Shown: positions 25,801 through 39,294, counted from the first letter of the whole stretch. The stretch: DNA of 63,522 nt, filler included, from Folioceros fuciformis (GCA_049999805.1; 6 parts of 6 records of this genome joined end to end with filler, not necessarily neighbours in it), one strand, 5' to 3'. Made by a program: numbers and translations. The notes: generated by a model not told the origin, from the sequence alone.

Positions 25801-26689
25801 TACACTCTGAAGCAGATCATGCATCGTTGTCAGTCGTTCTCCCTGTTGTAGAAGCAATGAATGTCCTCTGCAGACTTCTGAGAGAAGAGTCTCATTTGTA
25901 CTGGTAACTCTGTTGCACAATGCTTTAAGTCTAAGCTTAGCCAATTCATTCCAGTTAGTGAATCTTCTCTCAAATTCTGTTGAGGGATCTAGTGGCCTGT
26001 TTGAAAAACTTTTCTAGGTGTTGCAGGGACACGGAGATGATCTTCGCTGGGATCCACTCTCCGGAAGAGGAGAGGGAGCCCTTTCTCCCAAGTTGAGTTG
26101 ATGAGATCTTCTCTCTGGAAGAGGAGATGTCCAGCCTAGAGGATTTGTCCAACTGTGACGTTGGCCTTGTGGAGGCGCACAACGCCGGCTAACTTGGTGC
26201 TCAACTTGTTGTGGACGATTCCTGTTCTGTCTACTCACAAATTGTGAGAGACCATCATTAGGACGTTGCCCACGTCTCCGCGTCATTCTGCAAAATCAAC
26301 AGACTCATTTACAATCCCATTTAGTTTAGAGTGCAATATCTAACAATATCTAGAGTGCAGGCAGAGATAAATTTCTGGTCACACAATCTCACATTTTCTA
26401 AGAAAGAAATTTTGTGCATTATGTAAACAGCTAAATTAACTATGTGCATTATGTGAACAGCTAAATTAACTATGCTAGCACAATTCTAGAATAGATTGAA
26501 TATAGCTGGTGCTCTGATACCATGCTACTAATTGCGGAAGTGAACTTTGTATATAAACATTAGAATAATATTAAAGGAAAGCATCCTTAAATACAAAATT
26601 GTGTGTGTGACTTTTGGGTTAATTAACTAACCTCTAGTTAAACTAAGCTATAAGCTATGTTAGGGTTTTATATCCAACACTAAGCCTGT

Positions 26690-27043
26690 AGGCCGGCGGT
26701 TAAGGACCGGTCTTATGAGGATATGTGCGAGTCCATGGAATCTAGGTTTGACAACCTAGTCTCCACGCTGGTGTTGGACATTGACCTCAAGGCTACACTA
26801 GCTGAGGCTAGCGCAATTGCGACAGAGTTGCCTGACATCTATGACTATGTAGCGCCTTGCTTCCCTCCGAAGTATGAAATTTTCCAGCTCATTGTGCAGC
26901 TGTACACTAAGACGTTCATCCAGATGCTTAGGAAGCTTGGAGACCAGGCCAAGGACTTGTCGAACTTAGAGATCTTGAAGGTGACGGCGTGGGTGGTGCA
27001 GTATCAGGTGCAGTTAGGGAACCTCGGGATCGAGTGCAGCTGA
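26690..27043 (+). pseudogene. SEC6: Intronless internal fragment of exocyst subunit SEC6
   Basis: RFDNL..DLKATL.EA..I..EL.DIYDYVAPCFPPKYEIFQL.VQLYT..FIQMLR.L.D.A.DL.NLEILKVT.WVV.YQ matches the plant SEC6 core; both ends are missing. Confidence 0.85.
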
Positions 27044-28328
27044 GTGCTCGCACAACAGTATAATGGCTTATTGGCTGGATGGAGAAGGAAATCCCTTGGA
27101 GGCCGGATTCATAGCGGAGGTGGGGCACGTCCTCGCTCATCTACTTGGATAACATTGCAGAGAACATAGCTCATTTCATCGACAAGGAGATCATGCTACT
27201 GGCTATGAACAACGCCAGCATCTCGGGACTCACTTTGCCGGAAGACAGGCTCAACATCCTCGAGGGCATCCAACGTGGCTATGGCAACGTGATCGCCATC
27301 TAGAATAGGGGTTACGAGTACGATATGTGGCCTCCCGTGGACTCTACCGACCTGAGTGCGTATCTCAACATTCTAGAGATTTGGCGAAACCGGGAGGGGA
27401 TTGCGCACTTGCCGATCGTGTCCCTGAGAGTGTCAGACTTCCACATCGATGAGCTCCTAGAGCAGTTGTGCGCCTTGTTTCAGGGCAAGCTGGCAGAGGA
27501 GGAGCTCAAGCTCACAATGCCCATGCCGGAGAGGGGGCAACAGGCGATCAAGGGGAGACGCGTGGATCCGGTCCGCCCCATGAATCCACAGAGCCTGGCC
27601 ACAACAAGCTCGTCTTCGGCATGGATCAAGTGTCTAGGAAATTGTTGCTCGAGCTCGATTCTGGGAATGGGAAGCCTAGGGCGCTCTGCCTCAACTTTGA
27701 CTCCGCTGATCCGCCTGAGCCGTTGACGTCGTGTGGCACTAGCGCAGTGTCCTCTCCACTAGGAAGACACTACATTTGCTCTTGCCAGAATGGTGTGGAG
27801 GGACGAGGTGCAAAATATTGCTTGTTAGGAGATTGAGGAGGTGGATTGCGCGGCAGCGCTGGGAGAAATGGCAGTAGAGCGGAGACACGGTGCATCGCAG
27901 CTGCACTTGGAGGCAGCAGTGTACGGAAGGCGTGTGTCCCTGTTGAGGCATTCGAGGAAAGCCTACTCCGCGCCAGAGGTGCGAAGGCGGAGCTTCCAAC
28001 CAAGCGCGAGCACAGTTGCGGTGCGAGATCTGCCTACTCTGCAAAGCTACTCTGTTCGATTGGCTTGTGTCGAAACTGGGGCTATCGGAGGTGGAGGGAG
28101 ATTCTGTGTGGCGTCCTGGATCAGCAGCCAGGAATTTAGCCTCATGCTGGCGAATGTGATCTACCTCGAGGCCATCCGGTTCCAAGGCAACCACAGATCG
28201 TGACTCATGCTATCGACACATCGAGTTGCGGATCGCGAAGATGGAGAAGTCATGCTGGCGATTCGAGGTGCTACACCCCGTTGTGGTTGCCAGTGCTGCA
28301 ACCTCGCCATTGGCGAGGTGATCCTCGG

Positions 28329-31300
28329 TGTTGCAGATAATTACAATATATATAATATATTAGTTATATATTGGGTTATACCTAAAACGAAAGGGTAAAC
28401 CTTAAATACAATTATGTAACGTTTCACGGGTAGAGGTACATGCCCCTGACCTCCAGCATATCCAAGGCAGTCCTTGTTGCAATATTTGGTGCGCGTTGAG
28501 ATCGATCTGAGAATTCGTCTGTGCATTCCAAAAACTTAACTTGGTATCAGAGCCGCGAGGCTGGTTCCTTGATGCGCACATGGCAATCGTTTTTATACTC
28601 TATTAATTATGACACAATGTTGGGGTTCTTGGACCCGCTAGCCAAGTAATCCTTAGGTCTCTCTAGAAGGATGCCTCGCAAAAATTTTTGCGCGCAATCC
28701 TGGCTAGAGACAGAAGGCAGAAGGGCGCGCCAGTTGACTGATTCGGAATTGGAAAGGAGGTACTTCAAGAAGTCTTCATCCGATGCAGAGAAAGCAGATA
28801 GGACCCAGTTCATGAGCACTTTCCTTGACTCTTTTGCCTTAGCCTCTAACAGTCATAAATGCGCAGCCTGTGATAAACCTGTACCAAGAGATAAGGGAGT
28901 ACTGTTCTATCGATCATCTGGCACTGAATACATAAAGAAATCGAAGCCTCAACCTGAGACGTTTTCAAAGCAGGAAGTAATTCTTAATTCAATTCTAAAT
29001 ATTAAGAGTACAGTTTTGGAATACACTACCAGGATTGATAACATGTTGTCCAGGCAAGAGAAACTTGAGAGCCTTCGTGTTTTAGACATGATGGCACTTG
29101 CGAAACAGGAGCAGGAGATTATTGAACTCAGAGAGCAATTAGCTCACCTGTCTAAAGCCTCCTAAGAACTTTTGCCGAGGTGGCTCGCAGGCACAATGTC
29201 GCATGCTAGTGCTGACACATCATCAGACAGGCTGCAAGAAAAGGACAGACTCACCCCGAATAATTATGATGCCTGGAGTTTCAGGGTGCGTTGCATCCTA
29301 GAAGAAAAACTGCTCATGGATATCGTAGATGGTACTTTACCTAAGAAGGTTGCTGGAATGCCCTCTGGTTTGACAACAATAGGAGGCACAGTTAAGAATT
29401 GGAACTTAAAGGACGAACTAGAGTGGGTGTCCAAGGACAGGAAGGCACGTACCATACTTGTGTCTTCTATCTCACAGGAGATGATCCCTCATAAAACTGA
29501 CCCAGTCCTCAAACGAACTCTGGTCACTTTTATCAGAGACTTATGAGTCAAAAGACATGATGACTGAGGTAGCTGCAACACTGCACTTCTAGAATCTTCG
29601 CATGAAGGAGACCAACTCTGTTGAGAGTCATGTTGCTAAGTTTAGGGCTACAAGAGCCAAACTAGCATCTTACGGAATCATCCTGTTTGAGTCTAGGGCT
29701 GCTGTACAGCTCCTAGCCTCACTCCCTCCCAGTTATGAGCAGTTCAATTCCAATCAGCAAGCAACAACAATTGTAGTTCCTGCCAATGCCACTCAGCCTG
29801 CAGCATCAAATCTCACTGTTGAGAAAGTTGTTGGGGCCCTATTACAGGCTGAAGCCAATAGAAAACACATGCAAAAGGGAGCATCCTCTAGTTCTTACAA
29901 GTAGAGTGGCACTGCCCTTTATTCTGTCAGAGGTCGAGGTAGAGGCAGGGGATGTGGACGTGGTGGCACAGGGGGTTTGGGAAGAGGATGTTGATAGACC
30001 TTCCAGCCCAACTCAAACTCCTCTTCATCAACCAAGCCTGGTAACTGCAATTACCATAACAAACTAGGACATTGGGTTAAAGACTGTAGGAAGAGAATCA
30101 GAGACGAAGCAGCGAAAGGCAAGCACACATCAGAATCAAATACAGCCAGAGCAAGCACATCTGGTTTACTGGTGGCGTACCTTACCTCATCAAAAAAAGG
30201 ATGTCAGAAGTGATTCCTTGATAGTGGGGCCTCGAACCACATGTGTTCAAAGAGAAAGTCATTTCTTACTTATGAGTCTTCCCTCGCGTGCCATCAAACT
30301 GCAGTAGTATTGGGAGATGATTCTACAATACCCATCAGGGGTTCTGGAACTATATAGATTACCTTGAAGGATGGCAGTTTCCTGCTTTTAGAAAATGCTT
30401 TACATGTTCCAGCAATTGCTAAGAATTTGGTTAGTACAATGGCACTTGGAAAGACAAATCAATACAAGATAACTTTTGAAAGCACAGAATGTTACATTTC
30501 GAGGCTATAAGCTCCAACTGTGCCCATTGCACGAGGAAAGCCACTCTTTGATCTCTATCTTATGGATTTTATATTAGATGTACCTCAATTGTCTGCAACT
30601 GCATCAAGTGCATCAGCTCCAAACAAAGTTAGCTATGAGTGCCTTTAAGTGGCATTGTAGGTTATGGCATCCAAATATCAAAGCTATGCGAAGACTGCTG
30701 AAAGAGAAGATGGTTACTGAACTTCTTCATCAAAAGAGTCAGGTCTTCGATAGCTTCAAAAGATACCTAGCATATGCAGAGAGGCAGACTGGACTAAAGC
30801 TAAAATGTATACGTTCTGATAAAGCAAAGGAGTATTTATCTAAGGCCTTCCAAGAATTCTGTCAGGAGAGGGGGATCACTTGTCAACTCACCATACCATA
30901 TCATTCATACATGAATGGACGTGCAGAAAGGAGATATAGGGCTATTCAAGATTCTACCATGGCACTTCTCTTTCAGGAGAGGTTACCAATTCGCTTCTGG
31001 GCAGAAGCTGTACAAGCAGCAACGTACCTACAGAATAGGATAGCAGTCTCCTCTCTTCAACATTGTACTCCATTTGAAGCCTGGACTGGCAGTAAGCCTG
31101 ATCTGTCGCACCTTCGTGTCTTTGGTAGTACAGCCTATGCACATATTCCAGACAAGCTGCGTCAGAAGTTTTCCTTTAAGTCCAAGAGACATATTTTCAT
31201 AGGCTACACTCCTGGGATACATGGTTATAATTTGTTTGAACCCTACACACATCAAGTCATTCATGCTCATACTGTAGCCTTTGATGAACGCCCTGTCCTT

Positions 31301-31826
31301 GAGCCCCATAAACATACTTTTGCTGATTCTGTAGACCTTGAGCCTGTAGAACCAACTCAACCTACTGACATGGGTGTCAATGATCTCATTGAAGATGTGA
31401 ATGACTCATATGTTGTGGAGTTTCCTGAATACGACTTGTCCTACCTTCTTCTTGATTTACCTGAAGGCTCTCATCCACAGCAGCAATTGTTACCTCCAGA
31501 ACAAGAACCATCAAAACCAGACCTAGAACTTTCACTACTTGAACATCCAATTGGTGCCGACAATGATCAGGTTGCTATTTCAGTACCCATTGTTCTTGAT
31601 CTTTCATTACAGGCTGATCCTCCAGATGAGATGTTCGTAGATGATCCAGTCCAATATGTGATACTAGTTCCTTCGTTTGAACCTTCTCGACGGTCTTTAC
31701 GAGTTCGTAGACCTCCTGATCAGTGGCAGGAGCCCCCCTATCGAAGGGTTGATTTTTGTCAGGATCTAGGCTCTCGTAGTTCCGATGTTGCTAGAGTTGC
31801 AGTGGACAAGGCTAATGTAATTACCA
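28329..31826 (+). mobile_element. Copia element C (5' LTR 28329-28541, PBS, accessory ORF, gag, PR, internally deleted INT), interrupted by LTR X
   Basis: PBS TGGTATCAGAGCC at 28542. Gag at ~29196-30100. FLDSGAS at ~30215. INT RSDKAKEY..NGRAERR..FWAEAV. Deletion junction at ~30720. Confidence 0.9.
28671..29165 (+). CDS. Accessory ORF upstream of gag in element C (164 aa, intact)
   Basis: Open ATG-to-TAA frame between PBS and gag; CAAC motif; coiled-coil-like C-terminus (KQEQEIIELREQLAHL). Confidence 0.6.
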   Translation: MPRKNFCAQSWLETEGRRARQLTDSELERRYFKKSSSDAEKADRTQFMSTFLDSFALASNSHKCAACDKPVPRDKGVLFYRSSGTEYIKKSKPQPETFSKQEVILNSILNIKSTVLEYTTRIDNMLSRQEKLESLRVLDMMALAKQEQEIIELREQLAHLSKAS

Positions 31827-31974
31827 TGTTAAGCATGATTAATGTTGATATTAATTAGTGCTAATCCAGCTTATTGTTTTTGTACTAATTAGTGGTAAGA
31901 GTGATTAAGGTTATGATTAATATATATATATATATATATAGCTTATTAGACTTTGCTATGTTAGGCAAAAAAAA
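31827..31974 (+). mobile_element. 5' part of LTR family X, running into a gap
   Basis: TGTTAAGCATGATTAATGTTGA.. matches 13033 onward. Confidence 0.9.
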
Positions 31975-32074
31975 NNNNNNNNNNNNNNNNNNNNNNNNNN
32001 NNNNNNNNNNNNNNNNNNTTAATTAATTAANNNNNNNNNNNNNNNNNNNNNNNNNNNNNNNNNNNNNNNNNNNN

Positions 32075-35000
32075 AAGCTAAATACGTTTGAAAACATGAT
32101 AGGGCTTCACTCTTATGGGCAAGAACAAAAACTGTAGAATAGCGGCTCCATTCATCAATGAAAGTGATGAAATAAGATGCTCCACCAAAGGACATGGTCG
32201 ACATGGGGCCACATATGTCACTATGGACAGTGTGAAGAAGACAAGGTGCTCTTGACAAGTTTTGGTCTTTGAAAGGTTGTGAAATTGCCTTGCTCAATTG
32301 ACAGGAGTCACAAAAGGCTCTATTATCAAAAGAGAGACAAAGGATCTCTAAAAACGGAGTTATTGACTAAAGTGAAAAGCCTATTAAAATTCACATGCCC
32401 TAATCGGCAATGCCAAAGTTGAGTAGGAGAGAGACCAGAAGCTTGGGTAACGTTAGCAGTAGCATGTGGACTATACAAGGTTCTCACATTCAAAAGATAC
32501 AAATCATGGAAAGGTGTCCCTGTGAAAAGGTCAGTTCCAATGTTGTTGCCAATAACTGAACAACCTGTATTGTCAAAACAAACTCTACAAGAGTGCTCCT
32601 CCGTGAGCTTCATAACTGACATGAGATTCTTGGTCATGGATGGGACAAACAACACATCTGAGATTGTAAGAGAGGAACTACTAGGAAGCTGTATCTTTAC
32701 TGATCCTATACCCTTAATGGATAAACCACTGTCATCACCTAAAAGAACAAACTGGTGATGAGCTGGGTTAGCATCAAAAGCAGTGAAAGCATTCCTATCA
32801 AAACAAATGTGGCTAGTTGCCCCAGAGTCGAGGAACCACATGTCATTCTGGATCTGGATAGAAGATAAGCAAACTGCTAAGATGGCGGGTGGTTTGGGCA
32901 GACCTTTGGACGTGGCTACATTAGAAGCTGGAAAGGAACTTGAACTTTCCTTCCGGGGCTCACCAGCCCTTTTCTTCCTACAGTCCTTCTCAAAATGACC
33001 TGGTATCTTGCACCAATTGCAAGTAAAAGTATGCCGTTGAAGGTTGGGCTGTCGAGAGGTTGACGCTCCTCCTCGTACTGAGCCCCCACGTCCTCTGCCA
33101 CGATTGCCTCCGCGTCCTCTAGAAGCAAACAAAACTCTGCTACCTTGTTGCATAGTAGGCTTGGACTTGTGAAGGCTCCTACGGCGTTCTTCAGCAATCA
33201 AAGCTCCAAATATCTGCTCCAACGTCACATTGGCGCCAGGTCCAGCTGCTTGAAGAGTTGCATTCTGAGAACTGATAAACTGAGAATAACTATCAGGCAG
33301 GGATGCTAGAAAGGAAACAGCAGCTTGAAACTCAGTGAAGGTAGTCCCGCAATATGCAAGAGTCGCACGAGCTGTGCGAAATTTATTGATATAAGACTCA
33401 ACAGTCTCATTATCCTTCATGCGAATATTGAAAAAATCCCGATGCGCTAAAACAAGGGAAACAGAACTCTTATCTCTATAGATGAGTTTGAAGTTGTTCC
33501 AAACTGCTGCTGAAGTGTCAGCATCCATAGTGTGCGGCATCATGTTCCTGTCAAGGGATGCCAAAAGGATGGATCGGGCTCGCCTGTCCTTCCTTTGCCA
33601 TGCAAGAATATCAGCAGCATTTGCATTGTTGGCATGTGTTGCTGGTTTTGGTTCTGTCCCGTCCACAACGGACATGAGCTCATGCTCCTCCAAAATCTGG
33701 GTCAGCCTCATCGCCCAGATGTGGTAATCATTACCATTAAAGCGATCCCTATCCTTGAATTCAATCTTCAAGGAACCTGGAGTGATCGCCATAGCTTGTG
33801 CAAAATTTGCAGCTTGACCAGTAGAAACTCCAACTCCAGCAGCAGGGTTGCCTGCTGTACCTGCAAGGGTGCTTGCGGAACCAGCAGGGTTGCCTGCTGT
33901 AGGAGAAGGAACACTACCTAAGCCTGGCCTAGGCTGTGTGGGATTGCCCCAAAAATTTCTCAAATAGTCAAAAGAGGGAGATGTGCCTTGCTGTTCATCA
34001 ATACCAGTTGTGGGATTGACAACAGGTGAAGTAGGTTCCTCTTGCAACTCCAATCTACCAAGGTCCACATCTTCGCCTTCATTAAATTCGCCAGACGCTG
34101 ATGAGGGCGAACCTGGCTGCATGTCCAATATTCAAATATTAAGAGCGGGGCGCACGTGGGCGTCCCGGTGAAAATAACCTAGCCTCATGCACACGCTTCT
34201 CCTCTTCAGTTGGAGTAGACAGCAAAAATAATTGTTGAATTCCAGTTAGAAGAATAGAGAGAAAATCTTGTAAATTATGGATCTGATGAGATGCTTCCCT
34301 CAAATCAGCTTCAAGTTGTCGTTGTAGAAAACTACGAGAAAATAATGAAGGTGAATGATGAACAGGGCCTCGATTGGAAATACGTCTAATAAAACGTTGT
34401 GGTTGGCTGCTCATAAAATGTTGTTGAAAGGTTCTTTCACAAGACGCCTTCAACTTGCAATCTAAACAAAAGAAGCCACGATCTGATCTGGGTGGCGGTG
34501 ATGGTGGTGAGGCTTGAGGGTGAACTCTCCTCCACTGCGCACAAGAAGATGTCCTGCGCTTAGGCATCTTCATCCGCGTCTCAGCATCATCAATTATAGC
34601 AACATTGACAACTTGCTGTGTCTTTCACACGCCGCAGGCCATGGCTCCAAGCAATCGTGATGAAGCATGAAAATCGAAGGCACTCCTGCCCAGCATGTGA
34701 CACCGGCCGCGAGGCGCATCCATCCACCGCCCGGCTACAAAACCTGGTTGTAAACACTCCGAAGTGGTGAAAATCAAAACTGGTCATGGCCGCAGTGGTG
34801 CCGACAGCGCCGCGATGGGGCTGCCATCTGCTCCCCTGCGCGGCTCCAAATCAGCGTTATAATGTCCTGAATCCTCAGACCGTGAGCGCCTCAGAATTTG
34901 CAATCGATCTCAAACATCTATGACGCTCCTGCCAAGAACTTCACACCGGGCCACGAAACGCCGCAATCCGTGTACCCTGCCAAACCAGAAAACTGCATCG

Positions 35001-35825
35001 CGGCCATAGGTTTGCTGGAAATCTGGATCAGGGTATGGCGCGCTTTGGTGCTGCGATCTCCATCCCTGCACGTGGAAAACATCTGGCATCTGATCGGGTG
35101 ATCGGGTTATGTTAGCATCACTGCCGCGATAGGGCTTGGAAGGCACAGGCGTGCAGATATCAGGCTGGCTTCTTCACCATCGTCTATCCACAGAAATCTT
35201 CACATCCAAAGAGCCTGTGGGTGCTCCCGACTTCAAACTGAACCTCAGAGAGCGCCAACCGGATTGCATGCTAGGCGTCCCTGGTGGACGATTTGATTCA
35301 GGGCGCGTGCGGCCATGGGGCTGTCATCTGCTCCCACTGCCCGGCTTCAAATTGCCATGTGAATCCCTCTTTTGTTGTACGCGCTTCAGGCCGCAGCATG
35401 CCGATGGGAAATCACAAGACGAAATGCTGAGATCGCACAATGCGGACTGGAATTATCGTTGCAGGCTGCCTTCTCTATCCCCTGCACAGTTTCGGGTTGT
35501 GCCTTCAGGCCGAGGCAGCCATCTACCTCCTCGCGATTCTCCACACTTCATAAAATTAATAAAATAGGCATGAAAGCCATGTTTCTAATCACAATTTCAA
35601 ATCGGGCAAGTGAGTCAAATCGATTGCCATGGCTCTGATACCATTTCGCATTGTGTGGATTGTGGGAGAGAGAGCACGGGAGCGAGAGCGCACGAGGCAC
35701 GAAGGGCAAAGGTAGTTATCGTTATATCAAAATAAAAATAAAAAAGAGTATATATGAGTATTTTAAAAGAGTAGTTTTAACTGATTATGAAACTACTAAC
35801 CTAAACTAACATAATTTCCTTTACA
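32075..35825 (-). mobile_element. Copia element D (5' LTR ~35644-35825, PBS, long leader, accessory ORF, open gag-PR, start of INT)
   Basis: PBS at 35632-35643. 600-aa ORF 32326-34128 with CNWCKIPGHFEKDC, WFLDSGAT and WHCRLGH. VHSDICGP at ~32210. Confidence 0.9.
34139..34573 (-). CDS. Accessory ORF upstream of gag in element D (144 aa), zinc-finger-like plus coiled coil
   Basis: MPKRR start; FFCLDC-x12-H; LQRQLEADLREASHQIHNLQ; stops ~17 nt before the gag ATG. Confidence 0.6.
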   Translation of the reverse strand: MKMPKRRTSSCAQWRRVHPQASPPSPPPRSDRGFFCLDCKLKASCERTFQQHFMSSQPQRFIRRISNRGPVHHSPSLFSRSFLQRQLEADLREASHQIHNLQDFLSILLTGIQQLFLLSTPTEEEKRVHEARLFSPGRPRAPRS

Positions 35826-35989
35826 GATGTAGTTTGCTGAGGGCTACATCCTATTGCGTCCTTAGTGGCTTTTACCACTTCAACTGTTCCGTCTGCTTCA
35901 TCATCGAGGCACTCTGACACATGCATGTCCTTGTGCAACTGGATACCTTGACTTTTGTCGCCGTCTTGTACTTGATCCTGATTAGTCAG

Positions 35990-36440
35990 TGGTCGTTAGT
36001 GCAACTTATATAACTTAGTCTTGATCAGCTCTTGAGTCCGTACCTGTGAAGTGTTGTTGCGGGTTAAAGAGAATCCATATGCCAATATAAACGTTTCAGA
36101 AATAAAAATCTAGTCCAAGGTCATGGCGTTGCGGTGACGCGGACGTTTGGTGCTCTTTCTAGATTGCTTGGATGGACATATTTCCTCTAGAAGATATCTG
36201 CCTTCAAATGCATTTGTATTCTCCGTCACCCACCACTATATCAGAAGCGTTTACTTTGATGACATGAAGTCAACCTCTTCCACTTGGGCAATCCAGAATG
36301 GCCAATACTGGTCGTCACCCTCGAAAGGCATAGCAATCATGTCCCCTTTCTGAATTTCATCAACATTCCCATGAAGCCTTCCTCCCTCCATGTCTACAGT
36401 GCTGGTAGGTCTATAGTTGCCAAGATACATATGTCTGTCA
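35990..36440 (-). pseudogene. Degenerate protein fragment, probably a DNA-transposon C-terminus
   Basis: EIQKGDMIA..YWPFWIAQV..WW....GRY..ILAYGFSLT with 3 in-frame stops; family not firmly identified. Confidence 0.35.
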
Positions 36441-37099
36441 TCAGGTCAATTCCGTTCTAGTGGCTCTTGCTCTATCGGAACAAAATGTCTCTCAACCACT
36501 CAATGAGAAGGGCTATCTTCCCGGTTGTACCTCACCCATGGATTCTGCAAATGATAGTCATCTTCGCGGATGATTCTATGTGCTATGTCTTCTTGAGACC
36601 TCCAAAATGCCTACCACCAGTCCTTGTCCTTGTCGCTCAGGTACTTGTCCATTGGTTGTTCAAGCATTTTTTAGATTTGTGCCAAACTGTGGACTTGGTT
36701 TGCAACTTGTTGCTTGCTGTAGACGATCGTAGGTATCGGAACCCTCCTCTAAGTAGTCGAACAATAGGGACTTGGTAGTTCTTTTTTGTTTTGATCAATA
36801 GAGTGGTTGAATACGGGGCGGGCGGTTCCTTATATACCAAATAATCTCCTTGGCCCATGGTAGTTTCTGGCAAGGATCTGGTTACCAATAACACGTCCTC
36901 ATGTCTTGACAATAAGAGAGGGCTGGACTCCAAGTTCCTTGGTTCTTGGTAGCAGTGATCAGCAAGGATTTTCTCTTGTTACAATAACTCGTCCTCAACT
37001 CATGGCCTACGAGGATGGACTATGTAGGGGGTTCCTTGACTCTTAGTGGATTAGAATGACCAAAAGTCTATATAAGGAATAGAGGGGAAGTATTCCACC

Positions 37100-38650
37100 A
37101 GGTATTCCGCTCCGGTGGGCTGGTGGCCGGCATCTTTACGGTGGCTAAGTTAGGTGGGTGCCGAATCGGCCAAGGTGGAGTTAACAATCCTAGTGGCAGT
37201 CCTAAGGTAAGTAGAAAGTCAAATAGGACTTTCAGTTGCGATGCGCAATTGAGGGAAAGCAAGGACAAGGCACCTCAACCAGGTGCATTCTCCGCGAAGG
37301 TTAGAAGTCAGGGAAGGGTAGAAAGGAATCGGCGTGCGGAGGGGGACGGAGCGGCAGCGAGGCGGTGCGGTCACCAGGGTTGGGGAGCACTGACCTGGGA
37401 AGGGAAACGGGAGGTGCACCAACTTAGGGAGCATGCAGCAGTCGAGGGGGAAGCCAACATTTGAGGGGATTGGGGTGGGACTAGAGCACGGAATGGCGAC
37501 TCAACTTGGGCCAACGATCCCCACTATCCAGTGGCCCAATATGGACCACTAGAAAATAAGAGCTGGTGGTCTTGTGCAGGAGCTAGGCCTGGAGTTCATG
37601 CAGAAGATATGGTGCTATGACAACCCCGCATTGGTGTAGGAGTGTTGTGGAGTTAAATGTTGTGTCTGGGGACACCGCGAGGTCCACACTTACCCTCTAT
37701 GTTGTTGTAGCCATGGGATTCGCTCCCAAGGGAATGATTTGTGCCAAGTAACGTAGGCTTCTACTACTACTGACTCTTACCTAGGTCAGGTCTCGTCCAC
37801 TACCGTCCCTACTACCTACCACTACCCCTCGTTAGCCTAGTGTGGAGTGATTTCCTGCACCCAAGAAACACCAAAGGACCACACCTCCCCTTATTGTCGT
37901 TGCAATCTTATGATTCGCTCCCAAGGGAGTGAACTAGTGTCAAGGAACACCTACAGCTATCTACTCACACTTCTACCCATCAGCCGGTCTATAGACCTGT
38001 CCACACGCACACAACAAGGGGGCCAGAAGCCTAGCCTATCTTCAAATCAGGTCACACAACTCACATTCCAGATCTTCAATCCTTCAACTCTTCATGATCC
38101 CCACTTCAGTCCTCTCTTCTTCACTTCAGCTCACACAACTCACACTCCAGATCTTCAGTCCTTCAGCTCTTCATGATCCCCACTTCAGTCCTTCCTTCTT
38201 CACTTTAGTCCTTCCCCCTTCACTTCAGCACACATTCCTGCACCTCAACAACTCACTCTTCACTTCTAGGCACTTCACTCCAACTCTTCCTCTCTTTGCT
38301 TCAGCTATCCCTTGGAAGTTGGGACACAACGGCTTCACTCCTTACAGCCTTCAAAAGTAGTGTAGATGCTAGGACTGGATAGCCATCATGGCTCATGGTC
38401 CTGTCACTTCACTTCAGCCAGCTTGCGAATCATTCAGCCCTTGCGGATCCGGCCACACGGATCTTGGTAGTCTTGGGATCCTCCACGTTTCCTAGTGGCA
38501 AGGGAAATCAAGACCTTGGTTCAATCTCAACTGGCTCAACGCCCTAAGCTAGGAGTTCTGCGCACAAGGTCTAGGGAAATCGCACCGTAGACAGCCCCTC
38601 TCAATGGCAGGTCTCCCCTCTTATACTGCCTAGCCCTCATCTCGTCTACT
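37100..38650 (+). repeat. Degenerate dispersed repeat related to 600-1950, with an internal ~80-bp duplication (38053-38200)
   Basis: See the 1530-1630 match; CACACAACTCAC..CCAGATCTTCA..CTCTTCATGATCCCCACTTCAGTCCT occurs twice. Confidence 0.5.
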
Positions 38651-38689
38651 AGGGTTAACCTGAGTCAACTACCTAACCATCTCCTTCTC

Positions 38690-39045
38690 TAACCTAAACC
38701 ATCCTACATCCGGTTCTGACCTAAACCTCACCTAAGTATGACCTAACCTAACCTAATCTAGGTCTGTCCAAACCTAGGTCTGACCTAAACCTAACCTAGG
38801 TCTGACCTAAACCTAACCTAGGTTTGACCTAAACCTAACCTAGGTTTGACCTAACCCTAATCTAGGCCTGACCTAGATCTAATCTAGGCCTGACCTAGAC
38901 CTAACCTAGGTCTGACCTAAACCTAGCCTAAGTCTAACCTAAACCTAAGCCAAGTCTGACCTAAACCTAAACAGACTTAAACATAGTCAGACCTAGTTCT
39001 CACCCCAACCTAACGCAAGCCTAACTCTAACCTAACCCTACACTT
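38690..39045. repeat. 22-bp tandem array of telomere-like CCTAA(A) units
   Basis: ACCTAAACCTAACCTAGGTCTG repeated ~10 times with degeneration. Confidence 0.85.
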
Positions 39046-39084
39046 AATTGCCCGTTACCCTCTTGGACACCGCTGATTGCCCAC

Positions 39085-39199
39085 CAAATTGTCAACCTCT
39101 CCCAACTAGCCAAAATCCTGACCCAAATTGTTAACCTCTCCCAACTAGCCAAAATCCTGACCCAAATTGTCAACCTCTCCCAACTAGCCAAAATCCTGA
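39085..39199. repeat. 39-bp tandem repeat x3
   Basis: CCAAATTGTCAACCTCTCCCAACTAGCCAAAATCCTGA. Confidence 0.9.
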
Positions 39200-39294
39200 G
39201 TGCTTCCCCACCCTCTGATTGTCCTGCACCCTTCAGAGACCTCCATCTTCAGGTTCCTTCCCCACTCGGCTAGCCATGCCCCGACAAAGTTACC

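Larger units (their letters stand above)
14910..26679 (-). mobile_element. Copia element A (5' LTR 26523-26679, PBS-Met, leader, gag, INT, RT, partial RNase H); 3'-truncated; hosts element B
   Basis: PBS TGGTATCAGAGC at 26511-26522. Gag with CX2CX4HX4C at 24149-25213. INT RTDNGGEF..GVAERKN at 22860-24000. RT KSRLVARGF, YVDD at 15190-16150. ADADWA at ~15020. The INT-RT linker reads through across the B insertion (..GQEA|QSNSTG..). Confidence 0.9.
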
